A stretch of 64,000 nucleotides of DNA from an uncultured Planctomycetota bacterium (GCA_963841915.1 CAWJEN010000004.1:64001-128000); one strand, 5' to 3'. Positions 9,724 through 20,218 are shown, counted from the first letter of the stretch. Notes: a model not told the origin generated them from the sequence alone. A program made the numbers and translations.

Positions 9724-10632
9724 ATGAGCACCGAACCTACTCCTGCCGGTGCCCGTCGCGGCAAGTGGCTCAAGACCATTGCCGTGGTCGGCCTGCTGGT
9801 CCTGGCCGCCGCCGCCGGCTTTGCCTACTACACTTGGTCCTCGGCCTCGGCTGTGCCGGATTATTATGCCAGGCAACGACTTAGCGGAGACGAGCGGCTC
9901 GAAGCTATCGCCAGCGTCGAGCGCAAGTTCGGCAACCTGCAGGGCAGCCTGGGGCAAGCTTTGGCCTCACAACAGACCAGCCAAGCCGCTGAGGCCGTAG
10001 AGCCTATCGAGCTGACCTTTGAGGCGGCAGAGCTAGATACGTACTTCGAAAAATGGCTTGAAGACAACGATTACGGGGAGGCGTTCGGCAAGTACATGAC
10101 CGACCCGCGGCTGCTCATGAACGAGGGTCGCCTCGTGCTCGCAGGTCGTGCGACGCTGCCGGCGGTGGGGCAGTCTGTTGTGTCGATGCACTTTTTGCCT
10201 TCGGTCGGGGCAGAGGGTAACGCGCAGATCGAGCTCGAAGCGGTTTACGCCGGCGTGGTGTCGCTGCCGGACTCGGCGGTGCAGCCGATGCGGGACAAGG
10301 CGGCGCAGGCCATTGAGAACCGGCTGCCGACGTATCTGGAGAGCGCGGCCATCAACGACGACGGTTCGGCCAACCAGGCGGCGGTCGACCTGGCCATCGA
10401 TCGGCAGCTTGCGCGGATTCTCGATGATCTGCCGGTCGAGGACTTCATCCTCTTTCCGCCGTTGCTGAACCGCGGCCCGATCGCGACGCGGGTGACGGCC
10501 ATGACCATTGAAGACGGCATCATGACGCTGCGTCTTGTCCCACTGACGAGCGAAGAGCGGCTGGCGTACATTGAAGCCATTAGAGCCGACCCGACTGACG
10601 CGGTGGACGTCGATGAGTTGGTCGCCGGGTAG
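9724..10632 (+). CDS. Hypothetical membrane-anchored periplasmic protein
   Basis: N-terminal TM followed by VPDYY; start preceded by TACGCT-N5. Confidence 0.7.
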   Translation: MSTEPTPAGARRGKWLKTIAVVGLLVLAAAAGFAYYTWSSASAVPDYYARQRLSGDERLEAIASVERKFGNLQGSLGQALASQQTSQAAEAVEPIELTFEAAELDTYFEKWLEDNDYGEAFGKYMTDPRLLMNEGRLVLAGRATLPAVGQSVVSMHFLPSVGAEGNAQIELEAVYAGVVSLPDSAVQPMRDKAAQAIENRLPTYLESAAINDDGSANQAAVDLAIDRQLARILDDLPVEDFILFPPLLNRGPIATRVTAMTIEDGIMTLRLVPLTSEERLAYIEAIRADPTDAVDVDELVAG

Positions 10633-10651
10633 AGGTGGCTATGTTGTCGGC

Positions 10652-11335
10652 GTGTCCGTGGAGCCTTCTGCATCAGTGCCCGCCAAGGCAACCACGTTCG
10701 ATGATCGCAGTCCGGAGAACATGACGCGGTTCTACCGCTTCATCCAGATACTGTCGAACGGGCTGGGCAAGGTGTTTGTCCAGTTCAAGGCGATCGGGAC
10801 CGAGAACGTGCCGATGGAGGGTGGCGTGCTGATCATCAGCAACCACCAGAGCAACCTCGATCCGCCGCTGCTGGGTATGGGCCTCAAGCGGCCTGTCGCG
10901 TTCTTGGCCAAGAGCCAGCTGTTCAAGTACAAGGCGTTCGCGAAGTTCATACGCGCGCTCAATGCCTTCCCGGTGAAGCTCGGGGCAGGCGACATAGGTG
11001 CGATGCGAGAGTCGATCCGGCTGCTGCAGGCAGGTTGGATTCTGAACGTCTTTGCGGAGGGATCGCGGACATTCGACGGCGACTTGCAACCGGCGCAGAA
11101 GGGTGCCGGCCTGCTTATCCGCAAGTGCGGCGTGCCCGTCGTGCCGGCGGTGATCGACGGGTCGTTCCAGTCGTGGCCGCGAGGGACAAAGTTCCCGAAG
11201 ATGTCGAAGATCACGGTGGTGTACGGGCCTGCGGTGGACCTGTCGCACATGAAGGCTGACGAGATTCGTCAGTGGATTGACGAAACGCTGGGCCAGATGC
11301 TGAGCGATTTGCGCAGCGGAAAGACGCGCCCGTGA
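10652..11335 (+). CDS. plsC: 1-acyl-sn-glycerol-3-phosphate acyltransferase (alternative start 10721)
   Basis: SNHQSNLD (HxxxxD), FLAKSQLF, VFAEGSRT motifs. Confidence 0.88.
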   Translation: MSVEPSASVPAKATTFDDRSPENMTRFYRFIQILSNGLGKVFVQFKAIGTENVPMEGGVLIISNHQSNLDPPLLGMGLKRPVAFLAKSQLFKYKAFAKFIRALNAFPVKLGAGDIGAMRESIRLLQAGWILNVFAEGSRTFDGDLQPAQKGAGLLIRKCGVPVVPAVIDGSFQSWPRGTKFPKMSKITVVYGPAVDLSHMKADEIRQWIDETLGQMLSDLRSGKTRP

Positions 11336-11712
11336 GTGATCGTCTCAGCGAGTTGACAGCGGCTGTGCTGCAGTTCCGCGAGGAGCGGGATTGGAAGCAG
11401 TTTCACAACCCCAAGGACCAATTGCTGTCGCTCGCACTCGAGGCGGCTGAGGTGCTGGAACTTGCGCAGTGGAAGGAGGGAGACGAACTCGAGGCTCACC
11501 TGCGTGAGAAGCATGAGGATTTGGCGGACGAGTTGAGCGACGTGCTGGCGTGGGTGCTGCTCATCGCCAGCGACCGCGGCATCGACCTGGGCGAAGCGTT
11601 TGCAGCCAAGCTGGTGAAGAATGCCCGCAAGTACCCGGTCGCCCGTTCTCGCGGCAGGGCGACGAAGTATGATCAGCTAAAGGGCTCAGGCGGCCCTTCA
11701 AGTGACACATGA
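11332..11712 (+). CDS. MazG-like nucleotide pyrophosphohydrolase (dCTPase-like)
   Basis: FREERDWKQFHNPK, EAAEVLE, DELSDV, KNARKYP. Confidence 0.9.
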   Translation: MSDRLSELTAAVLQFREERDWKQFHNPKDQLLSLALEAAEVLELAQWKEGDELEAHLREKHEDLADELSDVLAWVLLIASDRGIDLGEAFAAKLVKNARKYPVARSRGRATKYDQLKGSGGPSSDT

Positions 11713-12191
11713 CGCTCACGCTCGACAAGCCGAAGGTCCTGACGCCGCCGTTGGTTGCGGTGCGGGCGACGGCAAACGCCCGTCTCATTGCCGCCGTGGT
11801 CGCCGTCGCTTGCCTGGCGCTCTTTGCAGCCGCTGCCTACCTCACGCCGGACCCGGCCGGTGTCGGCACGACGACGCGGCTCGGGCTCGAGCCCTGCAAC
11901 TTTCTTAAGACCACCGGTATCCCGTGCGCTGGCTGCGGGTTGACGACCGCGTTCAACCACGCTGTTCGCTGGCAATTTGCCAGTGCGTTCTACGTGCAGC
12001 CGCTCGGGGCGGTGTTGGCGTTGCTGGTGCCGATCGCGTTCTGGATTGCTGCGGCCGTCGCTGTGACAGGCAGACCGATTCATAAGCTCGTCACCCGCGC
12101 GATCGGCGGCCGCGGGGTAAATGTCATCGTCGCCTCGGTCGGCTTCGGCATCTTCGCTTGGGGCTGGAAGATCGTCACGACGCTCGCCTGA
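11709..12191 (+). CDS. DUF2752-like membrane protein
   Basis: LGLEPCNFLKTTGIPCAGCGLTTAF motif plus TM helices. Confidence 0.8.
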   Translation: MTLTLDKPKVLTPPLVAVRATANARLIAAVVAVACLALFAAAAYLTPDPAGVGTTTRLGLEPCNFLKTTGIPCAGCGLTTAFNHAVRWQFASAFYVQPLGAVLALLVPIAFWIAAAVAVTGRPIHKLVTRAIGGRGVNVIVASVGFGIFAWGWKIVTTLA

Positions 12192-12194
12192 AGC

Positions 12195-13214
12195 TCATGC
12201 CTCGACCGGCTCTGCCTTTTCACGTGCGCGGAGCACTTGCGTCACGCGAAGGGCCTTGTTCCCGCGAAATTGACCGATCTTGCCGGTGAGCTTGTTGCGG
12301 CCCTCGATATCGATGACCACGGTGCCGGTAATGGGTTTGTCGGTCGTCAGCACGTCGCCGACCTGCAGGCCGAGCAGGTCGCTGAGGGTCATGGTCGTCT
12401 TGGCCAGCGTCGCCCGTAGCTCCACCGGGGCGGCGGCGAGGCCTTCTTTGAGTCGTTCTTCACCCGCATCACCCGGTCCGCGGCGAGTTTCATAGGTGAA
12501 CCAGCTTTGCTGGCTGACCCGGCTCATGATCGGCTCCATCGCCTGATACGGGATGCAGAGGGCCATCGTACCGGCCCGGTGGCCCATCTTGATCTCGAAG
12601 CCGACGACGACAACCGTCTCGTTCGGCGGCACGATTTGCACGAGCTGAGGGTTGCTCTCGAAGTCGACGACAGAGAACGTCGCCGGGATGATTTGGCTCC
12701 AGGCCTCGCCGAGGTGGTGCGTGATGCGGTCAGTGATGCGTTGGATCAGCCGTTGCTCGATCTGCGTGAGCGGCCGCTGTGGGATGAACAGGTCGGCGTT
12801 GCTGCCGCCCAGCAGGCGGTCGATGATCGGGTAGACGATGAGCGGGCTGATCTCGAGACAGAGCTGGCCGTTGAGCTCTTCGCTGCCGAGTAGGTTGAAA
12901 CACGTCGGATTCGGCAACGAGTGGACAAACTCGCTGTAGGAAAGCTGCTCGATGTGGCTGACGTTGACCTCGACGATGGTCCGCAGGTAGCCGCTCAGGC
13001 TTGCTCCGAGGTTGCGGGCAAAGGCGTCGTGGAGGGTTTCCAGGGCCCGTGCCTGCTCCTTACCGACGCGTTCGGGTCGCTTGAAGTCGTACGACTGGAC
13101 CATGATCTCCGCAGAGGAGACCTCTTGGCTTTCGGCCGAGCCGAGGTCGAGCCCGCCGCCGTCAACGGCGCTGAGCAGGGCATCGATTTCACTTTGGTCT
13201 AGTACGTCTGACAA
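12195..13214 (-). CDS. fliM: Flagellar motor switch protein FliM
   Basis: DVLDQSEIDALL CheY-binding N-terminus, YDFKRPERV, C-terminal SpoA domain; GGAGG SD before TTG. Confidence 0.95.
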   Translation of the reverse strand: MSDVLDQSEIDALLSAVDGGGLDLGSAESQEVSSAEIMVQSYDFKRPERVGKEQARALETLHDAFARNLGASLSGYLRTIVEVNVSHIEQLSYSEFVHSLPNPTCFNLLGSEELNGQLCLEISPLIVYPIIDRLLGGSNADLFIPQRPLTQIEQRLIQRITDRITHHLGEAWSQIIPATFSVVDFESNPQLVQIVPPNETVVVVGFEIKMGHRAGTMALCIPYQAMEPIMSRVSQQSWFTYETRRGPGDAGEERLKEGLAAAPVELRATLAKTTMTLSDLLGLQVGDVLTTDKPITGTVVIDIEGRNKLTGKIGQFRGNKALRVTQVLRAREKAEPVEA

Positions 13215-13365
13215 CGCGTCGACCTCCTGTCGGCGGCGGGGAAGGCAGGCGCGTCCGTGCGCCGTCCAACTTCATTATCGGTCGTCCGTGCCAGATGGCA
13301 ACAACGAGCGTCCGGATAAACAGTCTCCACCTCAGCCGCCTCGACCCAACGACGATGCCCAAGGC

Positions 13366-14727
13366 ATGAAAGCGCCTGCTCAAGCACCCGCCGGTGCCTC
13401 CGACACGCCGCAGGCGGGGCGTTCGATGAGCCGCAGCATTGCCCACCAGAAGCGGGCCCACCAGATTATCCCCGGTGCCGCCCATACCTACGCCAAGGGT
13501 GACGACCAGTACGCCCTCGGTTTGGCCCCGGTTATCTCACGCGGCGACGGGTGTCATGTCTGGGATCTCGACGGCAACGAGTACATCGAGTTCGGCAGCG
13601 GTGTCCGCAGCGTCACGCTCGGGCACAACCATCCACGCGTCAGCGAAGCAGCCGCCGCGACGCTTCGCAACGGCACCAACTTCGCTCGTCCCGCCGCCAT
13701 CGAGCTGGAGACTGCAGAGACCTTCCTCGACTGCGTCCCGTCGGCTCAAATGGTCAAGTTTGCCAAGAACGGCAGCGACTGCACGACCGCCGCGGTCAAA
13801 CTCGCCCGCGCCGTCACCGGGAAGAAGCTCGTCGCCGTCTGCTCGTCGCAGCCGTTCTTTTCCGTCGACGACTGGTTCATCGGCACCGTCAACATGGCCG
13901 ACGGCGTGCCTGACGAAGTGGCGAAGCTCACCGTCCAGTTCCCGTTCAACGACCTCGGGGCACTCGAGACGTTGCTGGTCATTCGCGGCCACGACGTTGC
14001 GTGTGTGATGCTCGAGGCCGAGCGGGATGAGGTGCCGGAACCCGGCTACCTCGCTGCCGTCCGCAAGCTGTGCGATCGGCACGGCTGCCTGCTCGTTGTC
14101 GATGAAACCATTGCCGGTTTTCGCCTGAGCGTCGACGGAGGACACGGGCTGCACGCGATGGACCCGGACCTGACGACCTGGGGCAAAGGCATGGCCAACG
14201 GCTTCAGCGTTTCGGCCCTTGCCGGTAAGCGACAATTCATGGAGCGGGGCGGCCTGACGACGAGCGACGAGCGCTGCTTCCTGTTGAGCCTGACCCACGG
14301 CGGCGAGACGCACTGCCTGGCGGCGGCGATGGCGACGATGGCCGAGTGCCGCGACACCGACGTACCGGCGAGGCTCGCCCACGCCGGTCGCAGGTTGGCC
14401 GATCAGGTCGACGCCGCCGCCAAGGCAGAGGGCATCTTCGAGTACTTTCACTCCCAGGGTCATCCTTCGAACCTCGTGTACGCGACGAAAGACGCCGACG
14501 GCAACCGCAGTCAGTTGTTCCGCACGCTGTTCCTGCAGGAGTCGGTGAAACGTGGCCTGATCGCGCCGAACCTGGTTGTATCTGCCGCCCACGACGACGC
14601 AGCCATTGATCGCGCCGCCGAGCTGATTGCCGACGTGCTCCCAACCTACAGAAGGGCCCTGGAAGATGGCGTCGAGCATCACCTCGTTGGCCGCCCGGTG
14701 AAGCCGGTATTCCGCCGATTCAACTGA
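13366..14727 (+). CDS. Class III PLP aminotransferase, glutamate-1-semialdehyde aminomutase-like (start uncertain)
   Basis: HTYAKGDDQY, WDLDGNEYIE, KFAKNGSDCT, VDETIAGFR, WGKGMANG (PLP lysine). Confidence 0.85.
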   Translation: MKAPAQAPAGASDTPQAGRSMSRSIAHQKRAHQIIPGAAHTYAKGDDQYALGLAPVISRGDGCHVWDLDGNEYIEFGSGVRSVTLGHNHPRVSEAAAATLRNGTNFARPAAIELETAETFLDCVPSAQMVKFAKNGSDCTTAAVKLARAVTGKKLVAVCSSQPFFSVDDWFIGTVNMADGVPDEVAKLTVQFPFNDLGALETLLVIRGHDVACVMLEAERDEVPEPGYLAAVRKLCDRHGCLLVVDETIAGFRLSVDGGHGLHAMDPDLTTWGKGMANGFSVSALAGKRQFMERGGLTTSDERCFLLSLTHGGETHCLAAAMATMAECRDTDVPARLAHAGRRLADQVDAAAKAEGIFEYFHSQGHPSNLVYATKDADGNRSQLFRTLFLQESVKRGLIAPNLVVSAAHDDAAIDRAAELIADVLPTYRRALEDGVEHHLVGRPVKPVFRRFN

Positions 14728-14793
14728 AGATGGCTTGGCTTTCACTGCATTTGTGTAGTATCAACAGCGAGGCGGCTGAAGTACATCAAGGGA

Positions 14794-15141
14794 ATGTCTA
14801 AGCCCCTTCCCATCGACCACGTGGCCGTCCCGTCGAACGACATCAAGCGAAGCGTCACCTACTACAGCGAAACTTTCGGCGGCAAGGTGCTCTACCAGGA
14901 CGACACGTGGGCGTTCCTGCAGATGGGCGACGTCAAGCTCGCGATCGTCACCCCCAGCGAGCATCCGCCGCACGTGGCGCTGCGGGTCTCAGCCGACGAA
15001 CTCGAACGACGGCACAAGGAAACGGGGGCGACACTCGACACCCATCGCGACGGTACGAAGGGGTTGTACCTCAAGGATCCCGACGGCAATGCCGTCGAAC
15101 TCATCTGCTACCCCGAAGGTGACACACCTTACAACGACTGA
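14794..15141 (+). CDS. VOC/glyoxalase family protein
   Basis: IDHVAV, HVAL, YLKDPDGNAVELI. Confidence 0.85.
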   Translation: MSKPLPIDHVAVPSNDIKRSVTYYSETFGGKVLYQDDTWAFLQMGDVKLAIVTPSEHPPHVALRVSADELERRHKETGATLDTHRDGTKGLYLKDPDGNAVELICYPEGDTPYND

Positions 15142-15219
15142 CCCGGCGGCCGTGGCCTTACCTGATCTTCACGATCGATGTGTTGTCGCGAGCGACGGCA
15201 AGCTGGTACAACGGCTTGC

Positions 15220-15798
15220 ATGAACGCTGCCCTTGTCATTGTGCTTGTGATCGTCGGCCTGCTCGTGGTGGTCGGCCTCGTCGCCGGCCTCTGGGCAGTT
15301 GGGGCTTACAACAAGCTCGTCGGCCTTCGCGAGGGCGTCCGGACCGGCTGGTCACAGATCGAGGTCCTCCTCAAGCGACGGCACGACCTTATCCCGAACC
15401 TCGTCGAGACCGTCAAGGCCTATGCCAGCCACGAGAGCGGGACGCTCGAAGCCGTCATCGCCGCCCGGAACGGTGCGGTGTCGGCCAAGGGCATCGAGTC
15501 GCAGGCGTCGGCGGAGAACGAACTCAGCGGTGCCCTCGGCCGCCTGTTCGCCGTCAGCGAGAACTATCCGGACCTCAAGGCCAACCAGAACTTCAGCCAA
15601 CTGCAGGGCGAGCTGACCACCACCGAGAACGGCATCGCCAGTCAGCGTCAGGCGTACAACAACACGGTGCGTCAGTACAACGAGACGATCCAAAGCGTCC
15701 CGACGAACTTCATTGCCGGCCCGTTTGGGTTCGAGGCCAAGCCGTTCTTCGAAGTCACGACCGAGGCCGAGCGTGAAGCACCGAAGGTGTCGTTCTGA
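15220..15798 (+). CDS. lemA: LemA family protein
   Basis: YNKLV, WSQIEVLLKRRHDLIPNLV, ENYPDLKANQNF. Confidence 0.93.
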   Translation: MNAALVIVLVIVGLLVVVGLVAGLWAVGAYNKLVGLREGVRTGWSQIEVLLKRRHDLIPNLVETVKAYASHESGTLEAVIAARNGAVSAKGIESQASAENELSGALGRLFAVSENYPDLKANQNFSQLQGELTTTENGIASQRQAYNNTVRQYNETIQSVPTNFIAGPFGFEAKPFFEVTTEAEREAPKVSF

Positions 15799-15859
15799 GT
15801 CCGGTGGCTGTGCCTGCACATCGAGCGCAAGCCGTCGTCACTTTCGAGAGAGTCATCAC

Positions 15860-17539
15860 CTATTTGAACTCTGCCGCGGCGTGGGCGAGTAGTTCTTTGG
15901 CTTGCGCTCGCGTGGTCTTCGTGATGGTTTTACCGCCGATCATGCCGGCGAGTTCTTCGAGGCGGTCGTCGCCCTCCATCAGGCGGACTGTTGTCCGCGT
16001 GTCATCGGCCTGCTGCTTTTCGACCACAAGGTGCCGGTCGGCGTAGCTGGCGATCTGCGGCAGGTGCGTGATGCACAGCACCTGGTGCTGGTCGGCGAGC
16101 CGACGGAGCTTGTTGCCGACCACACTGGCCAGCCGCCCGCCCACATTGGCGTCGATCTCGTCAAACACCAACACGCTGACCTTGTCTTCCTTGGCCAGCA
16201 CCTGCTTGATGGCGAGCATGATGCGCGATAACTCGCCACCGGAGGCGATCCTGCGGAGCGGTTGCGGGTCGAGGCCGGGGTTGAGCTGGGCGACAAACTC
16301 GGCCGCGTCGCTGCCGGTCGGGCCATGCGTGTCGAGCGGGGCGACGTCGACGCGGAAGGTCGCCTTTTCCATGCCGAGTTCGTGCAACTGCTCGTCGATG
16401 ACGGGTCCAAGTTTCCTGGCGGCGGCCTGACGCTTCTTTCGCAACGTGGCCGCCTGCTTCTCGAGCTTGGCCTGCAGCGGCGCGAGCCTCGCCTCGAGCT
16501 CGCCAAGATTCTCGCTCTGCGACTTCAGGTCGGCGATTTGTTCCTTGAGCTTGGAGTGAGCAGCCAGAGCCGTTTCCATCGTGCCACCGTATTTGTGGAG
16601 CACGCGATGCAGGGCCGTCAGCCGCTCGTTAACCTCTTCCAGCTCTGCCGGGTCAAGATCGAGCTTGCCCATGTAGCGGGATAAGTCGCGTGCGGCCTCT
16701 TCAAGCTGGATCGAGCTGTTTCGCACGTTCTCCGCGATCGGCAGGACGGCCGCGTCGAGCGTGCCGAGGTCGTCGAGCGTGCGGACGATGATCTTGAGCC
16801 GGTCGACGATCGCGCCGTCGGCGTCGTACAGCTCCGAGGCCGCCTCTGCAGAATCGGTCTTGAGCTGTTCGAGGTTTTCTAGCACACCAGCCCGGCTCTG
16901 CAGCGTCTCGAATTCCGTCGGATCCAGCGCCGCCGCCTCGAGTTCGCCGGCCTGGAACGTGTAGAGCTCGAGCGTTTGCTCCCGCACCTGCCGCCCACGC
17001 GTCAGGTCGGCAAGGCGTTTACGGGCAGTCTGGAGCTGGTCGAAGGTCTGCCGATACGCCTCGCGGTCCGTGCCCGTCGCAGCAAAGCCGTCGAGCACGT
17101 CGAGTTGGTTGGCCGGCTTGAGCAGAAAGGCCGAGTCGTGCTGGCCGTGGACGTCGACGAGCAGTTCGCCGATGTCACGGAGCTGGGCGAGCGTGACAGT
17201 CGAGCCGTTGACGCTGACCCGCGTGCGGCCGGTCTTGAAGAGGCGACGCTTGAGGATCAGGCCGTCATCCTCGGCATCGTCCAGCGGCAAATCGAGAACG
17301 GCACGCACCTTCTCGAGCATGGCCGACGAGACATCGAAGACGCCCGTTACGCGACCTTCGTCAGTTCCCTTTCGCAACAGATCGGCAGCGCCCTTCAGGC
17401 CCAGCAGCACGTTGACCGCTCCGATGACAAAGCTCTTACCCGCACCGGTCGCGCCTGTGAAGCAGTTCAGCCCGGGCACGAGTTCGACCCGCGCCTCGGC
17501 GATCACCGCGAGATTAACGATGTGCAATTCTCGGAGCAC
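15860..17539 (-). CDS. recN: DNA repair protein RecN
   Basis: TGATGAGKS Walker A, VHGQHD, IASGGELSR, FDEIDANVGG, CITHLPQIA. Confidence 0.96.
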   Translation of the reverse strand: MLRELHIVNLAVIAEARVELVPGLNCFTGATGAGKSFVIGAVNVLLGLKGAADLLRKGTDEGRVTGVFDVSSAMLEKVRAVLDLPLDDAEDDGLILKRRLFKTGRTRVSVNGSTVTLAQLRDIGELLVDVHGQHDSAFLLKPANQLDVLDGFAATGTDREAYRQTFDQLQTARKRLADLTRGRQVREQTLELYTFQAGELEAAALDPTEFETLQSRAGVLENLEQLKTDSAEAASELYDADGAIVDRLKIIVRTLDDLGTLDAAVLPIAENVRNSSIQLEEAARDLSRYMGKLDLDPAELEEVNERLTALHRVLHKYGGTMETALAAHSKLKEQIADLKSQSENLGELEARLAPLQAKLEKQAATLRKKRQAAARKLGPVIDEQLHELGMEKATFRVDVAPLDTHGPTGSDAAEFVAQLNPGLDPQPLRRIASGGELSRIMLAIKQVLAKEDKVSVLVFDEIDANVGGRLASVVGNKLRRLADQHQVLCITHLPQIASYADRHLVVEKQQADDTRTTVRLMEGDDRLEELAGMIGGKTITKTTRAQAKELLAHAAAEFK

Positions 17540-17548
17540 GACGTTGCC

Positions 17549-17938
17549 TCAACCGACGCTTGCGCCCGCCTCGATCTGCCCGTGTGGGCCGACGACGACG
17601 ACCGTCTGATGCGCATCATCACTGGCGGCAAGGAGCATGCCTTGGCTGACTTCGCCGCGCATCTTGCGTGGGGCGAGGTTGGCCACGACGACAATCTGTT
17701 TGCCGACGAGGTCGTCGGGCTCGTAGATGCCGCGAAGCCCGGCACAGATCTGGCGTCCTTCGGGCGTGCCGTCATCGAGCTGCAGTTTCAGCAGCTTGTC
17801 GGCATTGGGGTGAGGTTCGCAGCTCTTGACGGTGGCGACGCGCAGGTCGAGCTTCAGAAAGTCGTCGATTGTGATCTGCGGCTTACCGGTCGGCTCGGCC
17901 GGGGCCGGTAATGGCGTGGGGGGAGTGGCGTCGCTCAT
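17549..17938 (-). CDS. metG: Stand-alone methionyl-tRNA synthetase C-terminal (tRNA-binding OB-fold) subunit
   Basis: ITIDDFLKLDLRVA, HPNADKLL, VANLAPRKMRGEVSQGMLLAA. Confidence 0.85.
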   Translation of the reverse strand: MSDATPPTPLPAPAEPTGKPQITIDDFLKLDLRVATVKSCEPHPNADKLLKLQLDDGTPEGRQICAGLRGIYEPDDLVGKQIVVVANLAPRKMRGEVSQGMLLAASDDAHQTVVVVGPHGQIEAGASVG

Positions 17939-17951
17939 GACGCAGCGTAGA

Positions 17952-19314
17952 TCATTCATTCGCAGGTGCCATCCGAACGAAACCACTTTGCACGATTGGC
18001 GTCGGCGGATTGGCCGGCAGGATGATGGAGAACGTCGCGCCGCCTCCGGGCTCGCTCTCGACTTCAAGCCTCGCCTCGAGCAGATCGGCTGCGCAACGGG
18101 CGATGAACAGGCCAAGCCCCGAACCGCCTGAGGTGTGGCTGCCAGCGCCACGATGGAATCGGTCGAAGAGTGTGGATGCCTGCCCCTCGGCGAGGCCGGG
18201 ACCACAGTCGCAGACGCTGATACGGGTACCGCCATCGTCACCGACGGACTCTTCGTGCTTCAGGGTGATTGGTCCCGCATCGCCGGCATACCGGATCGCA
18301 TTTCTTAGGAAGTTCAGCAGGATGCTCGTCAGCAGGTCGGGGTCCGTCTCGACAAGGACCGTCGGCTCACAGCTGACGAACACGACAGCTTTGTCCGTAT
18401 CCTCATCACCGCAAAGGTCTTCTGCAAGAACGGCGTCTGCCGATCGCGCGACGGCTCTTGCGACGCCGGCCATCAGAGGTGCCAGCTCCACCTTCCGCGG
18501 TTTGACTGTCACCGCCGCCGCACCGGCCCGAAGACGCTCGGCCTCGAGCACTCGCGTCATCGTGTGCAGCGTCCCGTCAATTAAGTGACGTGCATCAGTC
18601 GCGTCGCGGGCAAGCTCGCCTGCCTGCTCGGTCGAAAGATCGTTACTCGCAAGCCCGCGGCTGATGAGCCCGAGCGAGAGGGTCGCGCCGCTCAGTGCTC
18701 CTCGAAGATCATGCGACAATGCCGCCAGGAAGCGGCTCATGGCCTCTGCCTCCAGACGCGCCCGCTGCTCCCGCAGGTCGGCAAAGCTCACGGCCGACGC
18801 TGCACCGAGTTCATCGAGCAGGGCGTGAATCAGATCCGACTCCCGCGAGTTCGGTCGACGTCCTAACTCCTCGCGCAGAGAGTATTTGACGCTGTGACGC
18901 AGCACCGCGTTGCCGACGAGCAGTTCACCCGTCGTGAAGTCCTGCCCGTATCGAGCGACTGCGTGAGCGGTGCCTGCGAGTCGAAACTCGACGGCCGGCC
19001 GCACGCGACGATCGGCCTCTCCCACTTCAGACTCCGGCCGGATGATGCGGACCATGGCGTCGATGCACGTCACCAGGTCGTCCAGTACGCCCGCATCAGT
19101 CAAGCCCTTCGTGCTGGCGACAGACTTGCGAAGGGCGTCGACGTGCCGCGCACAAATCCTCGCCTCTGAGGCTTCTACGCGCCTCGGCCAATGCGTGACG
19201 TTCCTCCTCGTCCAGCTCATCAAGGAGTTCGAGGACTACATTGTGACCGATGGGCGAAGAAACGTCCGTCGAAAAGTCGCTCACCACGCCCCCGGGTTGG
19301 ATGATTGTTTGCAT
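17952..19314 (-). CDS. Cytoplasmic sensor histidine kinase; probable one-base frameshift near 19179
   Basis: H-box ALSHDLRGAL, N-box NFLRNAIRY, DCGPGL, GGSGLGL. The upstream ORF 19096..19314 joins in frame (..RHALAEA|VEASEAR..) if one base is removed. Confidence 0.75.
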
Positions 19315-19399
19315 GGCGGTAGCGGAGCAGGAGGTGTCGACTGGAGTACGCGCGTTTATCGAGCGGGGTGTCCGCGACTGCTACGCCAATGGGAGTCAA

Positions 19400-20161
19400 T
19401 TAGTTCCGGCTACTGCGGAAAATCACCCAGAGGATTTTCGTGCCGGCCATGAAGGTGCCGCGGACGGTTCCCGTGATCTTGCTGACGCCGATCCGCTGGC
19501 GGTACTTTGCGGGAACTTCGCGACAGCGAAGGCCGAGCTTGGCCGCCTTGACCTGCATCTCGACCGTCCAGCCGTAGGTCGTGTCGGCCATCTTCATCTG
19601 TTGCAATGCCGCCCATGAGACGCACCGGAACGGGCCTAAATCGGTGAATGTCTCGCCGTACAGCTTGCGGATCAGGAAGCATGCCAGCTTGTTGCCAAAG
19701 ATCGCCTGCGGGAGCAGGGCACCCTTGGGCTGCCTGGTCAGCATCCGACTGGCCAGCACCAGGTCGGCCTCACCTGCGACGACGGGGCCGACCACCTCGC
19801 CGAGCTGGTCAGGGTGGTCGCTGAAGTCGGCGTCGATGAAGGCAACGGCCTGCGGTGGATCCTTTGCAATTTCCGCTAATGCCGCCAGACATGCTGACCC
19901 GTAACCCTGTTGGGTGGCCGGTACGACGGTCGCGCCGAACTTGCGGGCGACATCTGCGGTGTAATCCGTCGAGTTATTGTCCGCTACGACGACGCGGCAG
20001 TGCCAACGCTCGGGCAGTGCGTCAATCACGCGGCCGATGCTCGCCTCCTCGTTCCACGCCGGAATGACAACGGCCACGTCGGCCCGCTCCGACTTGACGA
20101 CGCTGGTGGTTCGTACGTCGGCTTGGTCGAGCGCGGCCATAAGAAAGGTTATGGCCGTCAT
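19400..20161 (-). CDS. Glycosyltransferase family 2 (DPM1-like polyprenol-phosphate glycosyltransferase)
   Basis: VIPAWNEE, DNNSTD, GYGSAC, FIDADFSD, TDLGPFR, RIGVSKITGT. Confidence 0.9.
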   Translation of the reverse strand: MTAITFLMAALDQADVRTTSVVKSERADVAVVIPAWNEEASIGRVIDALPERWHCRVVVADNNSTDYTADVARKFGATVVPATQQGYGSACLAALAEIAKDPPQAVAFIDADFSDHPDQLGEVVGPVVAGEADLVLASRMLTRQPKGALLPQAIFGNKLACFLIRKLYGETFTDLGPFRCVSWAALQQMKMADTTYGWTVEMQVKAAKLGLRCREVPAKYRQRIGVSKITGTVRGTFMAGTKILWVIFRSSRN

Positions 20162-20218
20162 CGAAAGAAGTTAGATTGCCATTGTACGGCAGAGTGGGAT
20201 GGCTTACGCTTGCAGGCC

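Noticed and set aside
11332..11712. MazG-like gene as an anti-phage defence system
   Set aside because: It sits in a housekeeping-like operon with plsC and a DUF2752-like gene, with no defence partners; more consistent with nucleotide-pool sanitation.
12195..13214. Isolated fliM as a sign of rearrangement or a novel role
   Set aside because: The protein is intact and canonical; other pathways here (sucA, pheS, purK, purL) are also dispersed, so scattering is the genome's norm.
13537..14745. 402-aa minus-strand ORF
   Set aside because: Antisense shadow of the aminotransferase.
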